Counted from the stretch's first letter, positions 57,590-71,792 are shown. The stretch is 248,000 nt of DNA from Octopus vulgaris (GCA_951406725.2 OX597823.1:26060001-26308000), one strand, 5' to 3'. Made by a program: numbers and translations. Notes: generated by a model from the letters alone, not told the origin.

Positions 57590-58050
57590 ACTCCTGAAAA
57601 TATGGATTCATCTAGTGGGGATTCTGAAGCTCACATGCTTGATCAGATGTGCTTAATAAATGCAGTTGTTTATGAATCCAAAGTTACAGTAGTGCTCCAA
57701 GACAACTTAGTTGAGAAGAAAAATTACATTGGTTTATGTGAAGGCAATTTTAAAAGCCATTATGTAAACTGCCAGTCTTCTTTCTGACACATCGATAAAA
57801 ATAAGGCCACTAAGTTGGCTAGCCATGTATGGTGTCTGAAGACCAACTGCACACTACATACAATCAAGTGGAGAATCGTAGAGAAATCTATGCCATACAT
57901 AAATGGCTCAAAGAGATGCAAGTTATGCACAGCTGAAAGATCGTACATTTTTTTAGGTCCAAGAATTCCACCACACAACTTAATTCCAGATCTGAAATTT
58001 TTACCAAGTGTAAGCTCATGAACAAGTTTCTTTTGTTGAAGTGGAGGACA
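57590..58050 (+). mobile_element. Penelope-like element GIY-YIG endonuclease remnant
   Basis: VVYESKV...NYIGLCEGNFK.HY and LASHVWCLK...IKWRIVEKS.PY..GSKRCKLCTAE. Confidence 0.8.
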
Positions 58051-59504
58051 CCACCCACTTAGGATTGAGCAGCTATCTCACATAGACAAATATATATGGT
58101 TTGCAGGAGAGGAAACTGTATTGGTTTAAGTATGTGATGCATATGGATGAAGATAGCTTCATAAATAAGGTCTGAGTGTTCAAATTGGATGGCAATTGCA
58201 CCAGTGGAACAAGAAGGTTTAAAAAGACATGGGATGAACTGGTGAAGACCAATCTCACATTTCTGAACCTCACAAAGGTGGTTATATATGATCACAACAA
58301 CTGGTAATAAGCTGTAATAGAAACCACCACCCCACTCTCTGGGGCAGGTGGAGATGCTGCAATCACCTATAGATCCTTCTTTGCCTCTCTCTCACTGTTC
58401 TTATTACAGTGTTTCCATAACCAAGAATGCTTTCATCCCCTGCTCTCTCTCTCTCTCCTACTTCTATGGTACTTCATAGTAGCCTATGGAATTCTCCTCT
58501 TCCCTCTAGTCTATCTTTATCTCATTATTCTTGTTGCATCCACCCTCTACTCCCCATCTCTGTGGTACCCTCTAGCCTCCCTTTCTCTTCCTTTGCATTC
58601 ACCCATTGCTCCACCCCTATTTCTCTTTCTCTCATCATCTTCTCTCCACAGTCTCCCTGCTTGGGATACTTTCTCTGCATTCATATCTTACATTTTTCTT
58701 CTCCATTCTCTATGGTACATTCCATCTTCTCTTTCTCTCCCTACCTCTGTGATATCCTTGAACTTCTCTCTCCCTGTTGGGGATGCTTTCTCTGCACTCA
58801 TACTCTGCTCTCCCTTCCACCTCTATCATATCCACCAGCCTCTCTTTCTATCACTACTCTCACTGCATTCACCCATCACTCCTCTGTCTCTTTTCCCTCA
58901 CTGCATTCTCCCCACAGCTTCTCTTCCACTTCAGCATTTTCTCTTTGTTGACATCCCTTTCCCTCATACTTTTTACCTACACTCACCTTTATAATATGGG
59001 AGACCACAGGATCCTCCCAACACCCTTTATCTTACTACTCTGTCCCTCCTTTTTTTACTAACCCCTGGCACTGATCCCTTCCTCCTTCCTTATGTCCATT
59101 ATATACTCTCTCCTCTTATAGTGTATACTCTGTTATTATCTCCTCTACCATACTTCCACAACTATAAATCTGTTCCTTTTACCATACTTTGGTATGATGA
59201 GAGTAGGCTAAAGTGGTCTGAAGTAGCCTAAAGTAGCCATAAGTAGTTTGGAACAATGTGGTGAGAAGTGCCTTGCTCAAGGGTGCAATGTCCCATCTGT
59301 CACTTGCAATCACGGATGTCTTAGTTGCATGTACTATGCTTTTTCTAATTGTTTTAGGTATCAGTATAATCACAAACAGACATGAGATAAAGCTGTTATT
59401 TCTAGAAGATTGGGTGACCATGTAGAGACGTCCTTGTTGACTCATCCAATAAGAAAGTCAATAACATATTTATTATTGATGTTGCAGTTGTACACGAGAT
59501 ATAG

Positions 59505-59550
<46 letters not shown>

Positions 59551-59568
59551 CGTGTGTGTGTATATATG

Positions 59569-59607
<39 letters not shown>

Positions 59608-59624
59608 GTATATATGTATATATG

Positions 59625-59666
<42 letters not shown>

Positions 59667-59749
59667 GAAATTGAAGGTCCATTACATTAAGAGCAGAAGA
59701 TATGGCACAGAAAGAGAAGAGAAACTAAAGTGTAATTATTAATAGAAAA

Positions 59750-60900
59750 CAATATTACAGGATTATAGATAGTGATATAGAAACCTTGAAATAGCTTTGG
59801 TTGATTACAACCTGTGATATGATTCGTCATTTCTGGATTTTAGAATATTTAGACACGATAGAAATAGAAGAAAATATTAGATATTATCAGATAAAGTAAG
59901 AATTTGTGGAATGGGAAACAAAAATAACTTATTCAATATTTAAGAAGTATTAACATCGATGATGGAATATTTTAGGGTGATTGCAAGTCCCTTTTGCATT
60001 TTTATTTTATTCTATTTGATAAAAATGATACCATTAATATCAGTACTATGAACAATAAAGAATGGATAGAAGCATGCAGCATAAAATCAACCATCTGTTT
60101 ATGGGTGATTTGAAGCTGTTTACAAAGAATGGAGATCAAATAGATTCCTGAGGGCAAACAGTCCATGATTTTAGTAGAAGATATTGGAATGGAATTTGTC
60201 ATTAAACAATGTGGAGTTTTAATAATGAAATAAAGAAAGACAGTGTAATATAACATAATAGGATATGGTTACTAAGTAATGAAGTTATAAAAGAGATAGG
60301 CAAAGAGGACTATAAATACTTGGATAGAATAGAGTTAGATAAGAGAAAGGAAGCCAGCAGGAAGGAATTAACTGACAGAATGTTTCAGTGGGTGAGAAGT
60401 GGTGATTAAATTTAAGCTGAGAAAGGAAAATAAATTTCTGGCCATTAACATATGGGTCATATCAAAATACTGTTTTTAAGGTATAAGGAATCCTAGAGGA
60501 GATTAGAGATGTGATTAACTGAGATAAGAAATTTTTTTTTTAAAAACCTAAAACAAAACAAAACAAAAAAAACAAATAAGCAAACACAACAATAACGACC
60601 TTATAAGGAGAATTGTATTTCCAAAAATGAGATTAGCAAGAACCTTCTGCAGAATTGCAGGGAGTAGGGATGGCAATCATGGCTTTTCCCAATCAAGGTT
60701 GGCTGAAGGGGATTCCCTGCCTGGTCGGTATGGAGGAAACTTACAGAGGAGAGGAAAGGAGTGAAAGGTGGCTTTGTGCAGGATGGGAGAAGCAGCAGAA
60801 AGAGCCTCCTGCTAGTTATGGAGTAAGAGAGAGAAGTTAAGCTGGAAGCCAGGAGTAGATGATAAGCAGGGATTTGGCTGCTTCTACTGAGCCACCAACA
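59750..60900 (+). mobile_element. Highly decayed R4/Dong-like LINE fragment
   Basis: Recognisable FM.DLKLF, GMEF...QC and YKYLG motifs with many lesions. Confidence 0.55.
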
Positions 60901-62213
60901 AGAGGGTGTTACGGTTCAGGGTCAAAAGACCCAATCAATCGATCGTTGATGACATCAATTCCTTCTGGCCAATGCTCCCATTCACTTTGGTGAATAGAAA
61001 AGAAGCACCTTCTTTTAGGTGTTGGCAATAATATGTCTTGTGTAAAAAGAGGAAGAAGATAACTGATTAAGAAAAATGTAAACAAGATGGGAAAACGTTT
61101 TTATTTATATTTTTTTTTGAGGTGGGTTGGGGTTAACAGCTTGATTAGAGGGGTGAGTAGTACTCATAATCTTTTTCAGGCATATGTAACTGATGGGAGA
61201 AAGGGCTGAAGTTAGTGTCAGACCATGGCCCTGACCTGAACACTTTTAACAGAGTGAATTCTGTTAAAGGTACCCAATGACAGATGGTGGTATTAAACAT
61301 GGTGACATGTTAGGGTTAGTCATGTAGGAAATAATGTAGAATCTCAACTGGAAGAGCTGAGGTTGGTTGGAATCTAGATAAGACTAGAGGGTGTGTAAAG
61401 CCTGAAGAATTCAAGAAAAATGCCTTGAGAATAGAGAAGAAGAATTAAGAAACGGAAGAAAGTGCATAGAAAATTGTTTAGGTAGATGGATGAAAGTTTC
61501 AATATGGTTAAACAAGGTTTGGTATGGTTAGAGAATCAAACATAGAGTCTGGGACTGGATTTTACAGAACAGGAATAAACTCTGAAAATAAACTAAATCA
61601 TGTTCCATAGAGATACAACCATTGAATTTCCATTGTGGAAATGTGTAGCAAAATGAGCCAACAAGGGTCACTCATCCTGCTAGAAATAGTAGGTCGCTGC
61701 TTGTAAAGGCTTCTTCATTGGCTTATTGCTATTGATAATGATGGTGATGGATGACAGTAATGACAATGATGGTGGTGGTCGTCGTCGTGGTCGTGGTTGT
61801 GGTCGCAGTCTTGGTGGTGGTGGTGGTAGTGGCAATGTAGCAGTGGTGGGGATTGTGGTTATTGTTTAGATTCATGTCAACCCTGGTTGAGCAGAAATAT
61901 GATCAAAGACATTTCAGTTACGACTTTTTCATCATTTCTGCAGACATACTGTACCTAGGACTACATTATCCAATGTGTTCTCCCTTTTTCAAAACGGTAG
62001 GCTAGAAGTTGAGATTTGGTGGCTATTTCTAGCAGATCAAATGACCACACAATCTTCTTTCTTGTAATTTATGATTATTATTATCATTATTGTTGTTGTT
62101 GGATTTCAGATCCCATCTCATTGAACATACCTATGAATAAAAGCCTCCCAGCTATTACTGTTCCTTTTACTTTTACATACAAGGACTAAATACATTTGCC
62201 AATATCTATTCCT

Positions 62214-62432
62214 GGCAAGCTGGTAGAATCATTAGCATGCCGGGTGAAGTGCTTAGCAGTATCTCGTCTGCCATTATGTTCTGAGTTCAAATTCCGCTGA
62301 GGTCGACTTTGCCTTTCATTCTTTCGGGGTCGATTAAATAAGTACCAGTTACACACTGGGGTCGATGTAATCAACTTAACCCCTTTGTCTGTCCTCTATG
62401 TTCAGCCCCCTGTGGGCAATAAAGAAATAAAT
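62214..62432 (+). mobile_element. tRNA-derived SINE (family A), representative copy
   Basis: Head ggc..gctggcagaatc.ttagc...gagttcaaattcc; conserved core gcctttcatcctttcggggtcgataaa.taagtaccag. Other copies near 51640, 65512, 82340, 86745, 87017, 89447, 101210, 105775, 114570, 197350, 208690, 239400, 239610 and 240460. Confidence 0.85.
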
Positions 62433-62757
62433 ATTTATTCCCTTTTAGTAGGTTGTAATTGGAGAGAATTTGGTTGCTATTTCTAGCAGGCAAAACAATC
62501 ATATAGAGTCTCCTTTATTGGTTCAAGGTAAAGGCATGGTAATTTGTGATGGCAAAACAAGCAAGTTCTCAACTAGTAAAACCTGAAATTCTCACTACCT
62601 CTTCAGGTAGTCTGTTAAAAATGTCTCGTTAATAAGTCACACAGCTGTCACAAACCAGTTCAGGTCAGAATATTTGCTATATAGATAAAAGATTTTTTTT
62701 TAAAATAAAACTCTCTGACTGAAATCCATTTAGCCTTATATAGTTATATTTCTACCA

Positions 62758-62816
62758 AGTATCAAGTAATGTAATGACAGAAATGGTAAGCTGTTCACAC
62801 TTAGTGTCTTTGGTTA
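62758..62816. repeat. Perfect 59-bp inverted copy of 64917-64975 (exon end plus 5' splice site)
   Basis: Base-by-base reverse-complement identity. Confidence 0.95.
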
Positions 62817-64866
62817 CATCCATTTATAGGCACAGGATTGGCTGTGTGGTAAGAAGTTTGCTTCTCAACCACATGGTTCCAAGTTCTATCTCATTGTGTG
62901 ACACTTTGAGTAAGTGTCTTCTTTTATAGCCACAAACCAACCAAAGCCTTGTGAGTGGATTTCATAGACAGAAACTGAAAGAATTCTGCCACATATGCAT
63001 ATAAATATGTGTGTGTGTGTGTGTGTTAGTGTCTCTTTGTGAAGACATCATGTGATAGTTGTAAATGAGTGTCAGCATCACACACATGGTGTCCTTCATT
63101 TCTATTCTTCCATAGAAAACATCTGACCATGGGGAAATATTATCTTACCTGGAAGCATGTAAGGGTTGGTAACAGGAAGGGCATCCAATCAAAGAGATCC
63201 TGCCTCAGTAAATGCTGTCCAATCCATGTAAGCATAGAAAAGAGGACGTTAAGTGATGATGATTTATGTTCTAAACTTAAAAACCTGCGTTTTTTCATGG
63301 TTTCATCAGAGGTAGAATAGAACCCATAATTTTTTTCAAGTCCCCAGAGCTTGATAGAGAGAGAGAGGAAGAGAGGAAACTATTCATAGACCAGAGATTT
63401 GGCAATAATACGACCACAGAGAGGGTGCTATTAAAGGAATGCAAGGACAAGGTGATGCTGTTAAATTAAGCAATGAATTAAGTTGACCATTCCAAAACAA
63501 GATTGGTCTCTCTCTTTACCCTTACTCTTTTACTTGTTTCAGTCATTTGACTGCGGCCATGCTGGAGCACTGCCTTTAGTTGAGCAAATCGACCCCAGGA
63601 CTTATTCTTTGTAAGCCTAGTATTTATCCTATTGGTCTCTTTTGCTGAACCGTTAAGTTACAGGGATGTAAACACCCCAGCATCGGTTGTCAAGTGATGT
63701 GGGAGGTGGGGGACAAACACAGACACACACACATATACATGACGGGCTTCTTTCAGTTTCCGTCTACGAAATCCACTCACAAGGCTTTGATCAGCCCAAG
63801 GCTATAGTAGAAGACACTTACCCAAGGTGCCACGAAGTGGGACTAAACCCAGAACCAGGTGGTTGGTAAGCAAGCTACTTACCACACAGCCACTCCTACA
63901 CCTATGCAGTTTCTGTCCACTATATTTCACTTGTAAAGTTTTGGTCAATCTAAGGTTATGGTAAAAGACACATGCCCAATGTGCAACACAGCAAGATTGA
64001 ACCCAGAACCACATAGCTGTGGAATGAACTTCTTATCCACACAGCCATGTCTGCAACCACCTTAACTTTTCCTTGTTCTAGAGCCAAATGAAGGCAGTGG
64101 GTTTGCAAAATTGTTAGAGAGTTAGACAAAGTGCTTTGTAGTGTTTTTTCAGTCATTTTTACATTCTAATGTTAAATTCTGCTGAAAGGATTGATAAAAT
64201 GAAGTACCAGTCATGTATTGGTGTCAGTTGGTAGAGAGAGAGGAAGAGGGTGCTATTAAAGGAATGCAAGGACAAGGTGATACTGCCTATATCCATCCCA
64301 CCAAATTTGTAACCTAATGGCTCTGTTAGTAATTATTGTCTAAAGGTCAATAAAATAAGTAGCCAACTGCATCTTTCTCCCTCCACAATGATTTTTAGCT
64401 ATCTAAGAAGTCACTGTCATCACTTGGTATGGAAGATGCTTTGAGAACAAAATGGAAAAAAAAGAGAAAGCAGAAAAAATAAAACAATAAAAGTTTCTAC
64501 TCATATCTAATATAGCTTGTTGCCATTTATTGATATGGAACTTCAAGATAGCATCATGTACTGAACAGCAATATATGTTATTGTAATGAATTCCATCTAA
64601 CCCATGCAAGCATAAAAAAGTGGATGTTAAAACAATTTTGACAATTGTGATGGTGGTGGGGGTGATGAGGATGTTGTGTAGTCCTGGTCGGCACCATTTG
64701 CCCAGGTGTATGGCATATAGTCACTTGAATGACTAAGTGCTATTCATAGAACTAGTGTTCCAGATTTACTGTGATCCTCCACCTGCTTGACTACCCCTGC
64801 TGTATGGTGGTGTATGATATGAAGTGCAACATAACAGATAGAACTTGGAACCATGTGGTTGAGAAG

Positions 64867-64931
64867 CAAAGACACTAATCTAACCAAAGACACTAATCTA
64901 ACCAAAGACACTAATCTAACCAAAGACACTA
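64867..64931. repeat. 18-bp minisatellite (caaagacactaatctaac) x3.6
   Basis: Read directly. Confidence 0.9.
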
Positions 64932-64967
64932 AGTGTGAACAGCTTACCATTTCTGTCATTACATTAC

Positions 64968-65010
64968 TTGATACTGTATTTTCTCCACTGTCCAATCTGT
65001 TCCTGTATTC
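64968..65010 (-). CDS. Exon of unidentified minus-strand gene X: (R)NTGTDWTVEKIQYQ
   Basis: Acceptor ctttgtttcctcttacag|, donor |gtaatg; phase 2 in matches the phase 2 out of the 68117-68243 exon. Confidence 0.6.
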
Positions 65011-66789
65011 CTGTAAGAGGAAACAAAGTAGACTTGGTCAGAATGACAGTTGCTGTTTTTGTTTATAATATATTATAAATGCTGTAGAAACTAGAAACTG
65101 ATGGCATGTCACAAGGATGGCAGCAGTAGAAAATATCTGCAAAGATGTCTACTCTTTTGGTTTTCAATTTAAAAACGCTTTTTGCTTTGTGGAATGATAG
65201 CACAGTTTCTAACTTGTGTTTTGAGTTAACTAGGGAGCACCTATGGCGTCATTTGACCCACTAGAAAAAGTAGTCAAATCTCCCTCAAATCCCTCTTTGC
65301 TGTCTTTAAAAAGAAGGGGAGGATATATTGAATAGTGTAATGCTAGATGTTATAAGAAAATGGGAGAGTTGTGGGCTGGGATTCCTTTGGTCAAAGATTG
65401 GCTGAGTAGGATTGACTAGGGTTAAAAAACATGATTTAACTGAGAGATTACCTTCATCCTTATCTTCCTCCTCTTCATCATCATTGTAGTTTTAATGTTT
65501 ACTTTCACATAAGGTGGTGAGCTGGTAGAAACATTAGCACGCCGGGTGAAATGCTTAGTGGTATTTCATCTGTCTTTACGTTCTGAGTTCAAATTCCGTT
65601 GAAGTTCACTTTGCCTTTCATCCTTTTAGGGTCGATAAATTAAGTACCAGTTGCTTACGGAGGTTGATCTAATTGCCTGGTCCCCTCCCCTAAAATTTCA
65701 GGCCTTGTGCCTAGAGTAGAAAAAAATGTTTACTTTGCATGCTTGCATGGGTCACATAAAACTATATTAGGGTAGTGTTTTCTAAGATTGGATGCCACCC
65801 ACTTGTTTCCAAGTGAGACAATGATATCCCAGTCTACCAAACAACAAATAGTTTGGACATGTTTACTGGGAGAACTAGAAACAAACAACACCATAAGAAT
65901 AAAGCTTTTTGTTGATAAAGATCATACAACATGTTAAAACATGTCAAAAAGCCAGGACATGCTTTCATGGTGGAGTGCAAGCAAATCACTGAAGCCATTG
66001 TTTAAAATCAGCAAATGAACACATGTAAACAAGAAAATATGAACTCACTCATATGTGCACACATACAAGTGGTTGTTTTCAGTTTCCATTTACCAAGTCT
66101 TTGGTCAGCCTATGGCTATAGTAGAAAATATTTGCCTAAGGTGCCATGCAGTAGGACTGAACCTGAAACCATATATTTGGGAAATAAACTTCTTAGGCAC
66201 ACAGCCATGCCTTTTATTTTACAAATGTCACAAGTTTCATGCCATCATTTTGTGCTTGTCTGTTTGCTTCAAAAAGATTCTTCTTCAAATAATGACTTTT
66301 ATTAAGAAATGTTTTGTCATGTCATCAGGTTAGCATCATGGAACAAGAATGGTTCAGCTCCAGACTATAAATCATTGAGAAGAATTACCTGGAGACACCA
66401 TCTGCAATAAACATAATAACTGAATAAATGTTATCATGCATAATGTAGTGAGAACAACAAAAAAAAGTCAATTAATTAAAGTTACATTTCCTCTGAAGAG
66501 AAGTGTTAACATAGGATCCATAACTAATGTTAAAAATAGTGGATCTGTTTGGTTTGGTTGCCAGCATTTCAAAAATCAAAGTTTATTAAAAAATTTTTTA
66601 TGTGGCACATTAGTATACTTTTCCAAGCTGAATTGCTGGAGCTATTTCACTTTTTCCAGGAAAATGTTTTTAAAAAGTTATAGAGGTTTAAAGTTCGATC
66701 ATTTCCACCCAGTCAGGAAACAGGATTTGGAAGCTGTCATTTTGTGCATGACTGCACATTTTGTCAACATCCTGGGAATAGCACATATT

Positions 66790-67000
66790 GTCAAGAAAGA
66801 GTAAACAACATGCCTTTTGTAGTTTTAAGCATTATGATAGCATGAGATTTATCCAAAACGTTTTTAGGTATAACACCCTTTTCTTGTAGGTATGACACAG
66901 TATCCTCCTCTGTTCTTTGTGTCCCCACCACAGAAGCAAGTTTACCAGAGCTTGCTGCCATAATCAAACAGTATAATTTCCAACAGAACACAGCATCAAA
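66790..67000 (-). mobile_element. Possible Merlin/ISXO2-like transposase N-terminal remnant
   Basis: EEDTVSYLQEKGVIPK resembles Merlin N-termini (from memory); the flank is related to 55790-56400. Confidence 0.35.
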
Positions 67001-68116
67001 AAGTCAACACATATATATATTTGTCAACACATGCTTTCTCGCAGACAAAAGAGTTCTCGGTTCTGCTTGTTACAATGAAAACAGGCACACGCTTTCTCAC
67101 AGACAAAAGAGTTCTCATGTTATGCTTGTTACTATGGAAAGAGGCATGACTGTGTCTGTGGCTTATGATTGGCTAAAAGTACCCCAAATTTTCAAACTTT
67201 AATTGCTAATAACTCTTTATTTATTGATTTACATGATTCATTAGCCTATAAAAATGTATCATTACACTGAATATGAAATTAATTCAAACACAATTGATAC
67301 TGGCAGCCAAATCAAATAGATCCAAAAAAAGCTGTAGTTCTTACAAATTATTTAGAATGTAGCATGAAGATGAAGTCATTAACATGAAAGCTGGTGTAAA
67401 ATTAATTGTGGTTTTAGATTTGATCCCACAATGCAGCGTTTTGGGTAAGTATTTTCTACTACAACATAGGTGAGTGGATAGAGCCGTTACAAAGTCAGAT
67501 GAGATGTATTGTGGTATTTACTCTGGGATTTTGTACACTGAGTGCAAATCTCACATTGGTCAACTTTACTTTTCATCCTTCACTGGTGAAAGTATTAGTG
67601 TCAGACAGGAAGTGTTTTGGTATTTATTCTGATTACTTCCATTCTGAGTTTAAATCCCACCATAACATACTTGGGTGGTAGATTTAGTCTGTCATCCAGT
67701 TTAATACCCCCACCTTGGATGTATTTAGCAACAAAAGCCCAGTAAAGGGTCATGGACACTGTCCTTCTTTCCTGACTAAAATATAGAAACAAAACAACCA
67801 AAATCTTGTGAGCAAAATAACCCATCAGAAGGAGAGATGAGCCATTCTTAGGAAATACACTTAATTCGTCATCTGATTTAGCCCCTTTGATACCAATCTA
67901 CCTGACACTTGCCCCGGTTCAATGGTTCAAACTTTCTATTTTTAAGTAATCTAGATTATAACCTTCTCTCACATTACCATGCTAATTAATGTTCCAAACT
68001 CCAGTTTAATAATGAATAAATTATTTTATGTTATTCTTCATTATTTTCAAAATTCATTGAATCTAATGTTATGCATTTCAACAGAATAATGATAAAGAAA
68101 GTGTTAACTCCAGTAC

Positions 68117-68243
68117 CTGGTCATTGTGTGCTTTAGCAGAGTCCACTCTGTTGAAAGCATTCTTTGCAACACACTAGTTATTCCATACTTCCTTTTTTGT
68201 GCTTGCAGAGCCATATCCACTTGAGTTGCCAGGAACTTAAAAC
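68117..68243 (-). CDS. Exon of gene X: (G)FKFLATQVDMALQAQKRKYGITSVLQRMLSTEWTLLKHTMT(R)
   Basis: 127 nt open in phase 1 to 2; AG| acceptor (modest tract), CAG|gtactg donor; frame-compatible with both neighbouring exons. Confidence 0.6.
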
Positions 68244-70127
68244 CTAACCTAAGCTTTAGGAGCTATTAAATGTCAGTATTTAATTAACTCTGGTTTCATT
68301 GCACAAGGTGAACGGCAGTTCTTCTCCTGAAAAGAACAGCAATCTAGTGCAGATAACATTCCTATATGATTTGGCAGTACCCACTCTACCAAATAGCTAG
68401 GATGAACTATGGCAATGTAGGCTCAAACCACAACAAAAATTATCAACAGGCGCAGGAGTGGCTGTGCGGCAAGTAGCTTGCTTACCATACATATGGTTCC
68501 AGGTTCAGTCCCACTGTGTGACACCTTGGGCAAGTGTCTTCTACTATAGCCTCGGGCCGACCAAAGCCTTGTGAGTGGATTTGGTAGACGGAAACTGAAA
68601 GAAGCCCATCGTACATATGTGTATATTTATATATATCTATATATATATATGTATGTGTGTGTCTGTGTTTGTCCCCCCAACATCGCTTGACAACCGATGC
68701 TGGTGTGTTTACATCCCTGCAACTTAACGATTCAGCAAAAGAGACTGACAGAATAAGTACTAAGCTTACAGAGAATAAGCCCCGGGGTCGATTTGCTCGA
68801 CTAAAGGTGGTGCTCCAGCATGGCCGCAGTCAAATGACTGAAACAAGTAAAAGAGTAAAGAGTAAAGAGTGGATCTAATTTGAACCTCTTGACTACGATT
68901 TGGTAGTTTAATACTCTGGCCACTTGGCCATTTTGTCTGTACACATCACAACCAGTTTCCTCAAATTCTAGTGTTTATTCTTTTGTGTGAAAAAAACAAT
69001 ATAAAGTTAAATATGTTTGTATAACAAGAGAAGGAAAATCTGGCATTTCAAGTAATGTCCAAGTAGACAATTACAGTTCCTCTTGAATTTTGATTTTTAT
69101 CTGTTCCATGCCAAAGCATAAATTGAGATATCTTGATGTGTCATGAGGAAAAGGAATGTCTAACATTTTTGCAGCAGTGCCAAAGAAGCAAATAACTAGT
69201 CTTCTTGAATTCTTAGTGTTTATGCCTTTTTTTTTATAAAAAAATACCTGAACAAAGGTAACTAGGTGTGTTGTAAAGAATAGAAAAATCTTAAATATTA
69301 TGCAAGGTCAAAGCAGACAACCATTAAACTCTTTGAAATAGCATTTTTAACCTTTCTGTAAAATACTAGAAAGGGAAATATACTGATGTAGCTTTAGGAA
69401 TAAGAGAATTTAGTATATTAAGTAAGGCCTGGGGTGGTGGACGGGCAGTATGTTGTTGTTGTTATTGTCGTCAGTATCAGCATTGGTGGCAGCAAATGTG
69501 GCGTTGGTGTCAGCATTAGTGTCACCACTATCGTCATCATCATCATTTAATGTCCATTTTCCTTGCTGACATGAGCTAGATGATTTTATTAGAGCTGGCA
69601 AGCAAGAGGACTATGCTAAGCTCTTCTGTCTATTTTGACATGGTTTCTGTGACTGGATTCCCTCCTTAATGCCAACCACTTTGCAGAGTGTTATGAATGA
69701 CCAATAATTCCTGGCTCAAAGAAACTAATTTCTAATCATAGTCCAAAACAGTAAAGTGTCATATAGTGCTATCCATGATATTCCAAATTAAATGTGTTAT
69801 TCAAAATGGCCATTCTCTCTCTCTCTCTCTGATCACCAAATGTGTATGCCTTTTATGTCAAGGGAAATCACTGAAATCATAACACTATTTGCATAACATT
69901 CACCCCCACTTAAAATAAATTTTTATAGATCAAGCCTTTCCAGGGTTTTCAGAATTCTTTGAGATCGATGCAGTTGAAGGGACTTTTCTTGTTGTTTTAG
70001 AGCGTTATCTTTAATGACTCAAATGCTTTTACTTGTTGGCTATTAAGAAGAAATTTCAAGGCATTATTGAGAGAATATATTTTGTCAGAAAATTTGGAGA
70101 TCCACTTAGCATAAGAAAACACACTGA

Positions 70128-70199
70128 CAGGCATATGGCATAGTGGGCAAGAGCGTGGGCTACTAACGCCAAGATTCCGAGTTCGATTCCAGGCAGTGA

Positions 70200-70230
<31 letters not shown>
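70128..70230 (+). mobile_element. tRNA-like head of the PLE pseudo-LTR family (see 146150-147150) followed by (AAT)n
   Basis: ggcatatggcatagtggg.aagagc...ctactaa...gagttcgattccaggcagtgacc; A and B boxes but no tRNA 3' acceptor stem. Confidence 0.65.
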
Positions 70231-70234
<4 letters not shown>

Positions 70235-70244
70235 TTAATAATAA

Positions 70245-70610
70245 AATGCCCTGATGCAGTACCAGGCAGTGGCTCTCATGGCTTCTGATCTTGACTGATT
70301 GGAAGTGTTATCATGTACATCATTTTGTCTTCATATAAAAGATGGGCTACAGCAAATATTCTGCTCGATATCACAGATTTGCTTTCAGTTGTTTGACTTT
70401 AACCAGTTGAGCATGTCCCTTTGTAGCTGACGATATGTGCATCTCTGATCACGAGCAGAAGAAGTGGGGGAGCATCATAGCCATGTGTTGAGAGGGATTC
70501 TTTGGGGTTTGAATAATTCACCTCTGGAAACATGGATGTTTCGTTCAACATTCAGAGACCTTTTGAGTAGGATGGGTTACTCGACCAGAAGAAAATTCTA
70601 ACTGGGTAGG
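70245..70610 (+). mobile_element. Partial copy of the ~560-bp non-coding element inserted in (AAT)n
   Basis: aatgccctgatgcagtaccaggcagtggctctc...; homologous to 146452-147005 and 117731-118202. Confidence 0.8.
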
Positions 70611-71761
70611 AGTCTTGCTGTAGAAGAGAAACAAGGATACCCCAGTTGGAGAAGAAGGGAGACAAAGAGAGACTTAAGAAAGAAAGATAGAGATGGAGAG
70701 AGTGAGAGGGATGGTGGTGGATATGTGTCAGGACATACCAGTGAGGTATTTAGTAACAAGCCTTTGTGTGCTCTGAGTTCAAATTCTGCCAATGTCAGCT
70801 TTATATTTTTATCCTTCTATGGTCAATAAAATGAATACAAATCAAATAATAGGGTCACTATATTCAAACAGACCTTCTCCCAAAAACTTGTGACTTTGTG
70901 CTTGTTAGAAATCAATTGATGGAGCAGAGCCTAAGCAGACATTAAATAGTCTTCATGAATTTTAAATGACATTCCTTTGTCATCATGGTTAAGTCATATT
71001 AATCATTAGAAATACACGTACATTGTTACATTCACTTTATTTTTATTGTTATTTTGTTGTAATAATAGTATAAATTATTAAACAACCTTTCCTTTTTATA
71101 TCCTTTAGACTTTCAGATTTTACATTAATAATACAAATCTCTATCAGCAGATATTTTATTTTGTTCCTGTATTTAAATTTTTTTTTTAAAATTGAGACTC
71201 CCTGGTTTTTCTCTTCCCAAATCATCATTGACAATTCTTTTAGTGCCTTCTGTTTTCATTCCAGTCAATTCTATCGATATAATTCTCTCCTCAGCAGTCT
71301 CCATAAATAATTTGCATCTTCTCATACAACAGCTGCTATCTTTAAACCATATCTCTTCAGCTTTCACTGCCAGAAGCTGGCTTTCCTTTCCAAAACTACT
71401 GGTCTCCTAACTTCAACACTTTGGCAACAGTGCACTTGCCTTTATTATGTTCTTTGCTGACAGCTATTCTGCTTTAACTCTAAGGATATTTCACTGAAAC
71501 AAAGACACTTCTGAGGAAAATTTAATATTCAGGTGGTCTTCCTATGCTTTAATCTTGTTGTTGTTGTTTCCCTGGTTGCTAGTCTTGTTGTTGTTGTTGT
71601 TGTTATTGCAGTTGGTGTTAAGAACATATTTACTTTGGTAATATTTACATACATGCATATATATTGTATGTATATATGTTTGTGTGTGTGTGTATATATA
71701 CATACATACACCAAACACATATATATATATTTGTAGATACATCCATCCATCCATATATATA

Positions 71762-71792
<31 letters not shown>

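Noticed and set aside
70128-70205. tRNA-Ser-like sequence (and a similar head at 43604)
   Set aside because: No acceptor stem closure; continues into repeat body, so these are SINE/LTR heads and not tRNA genes.
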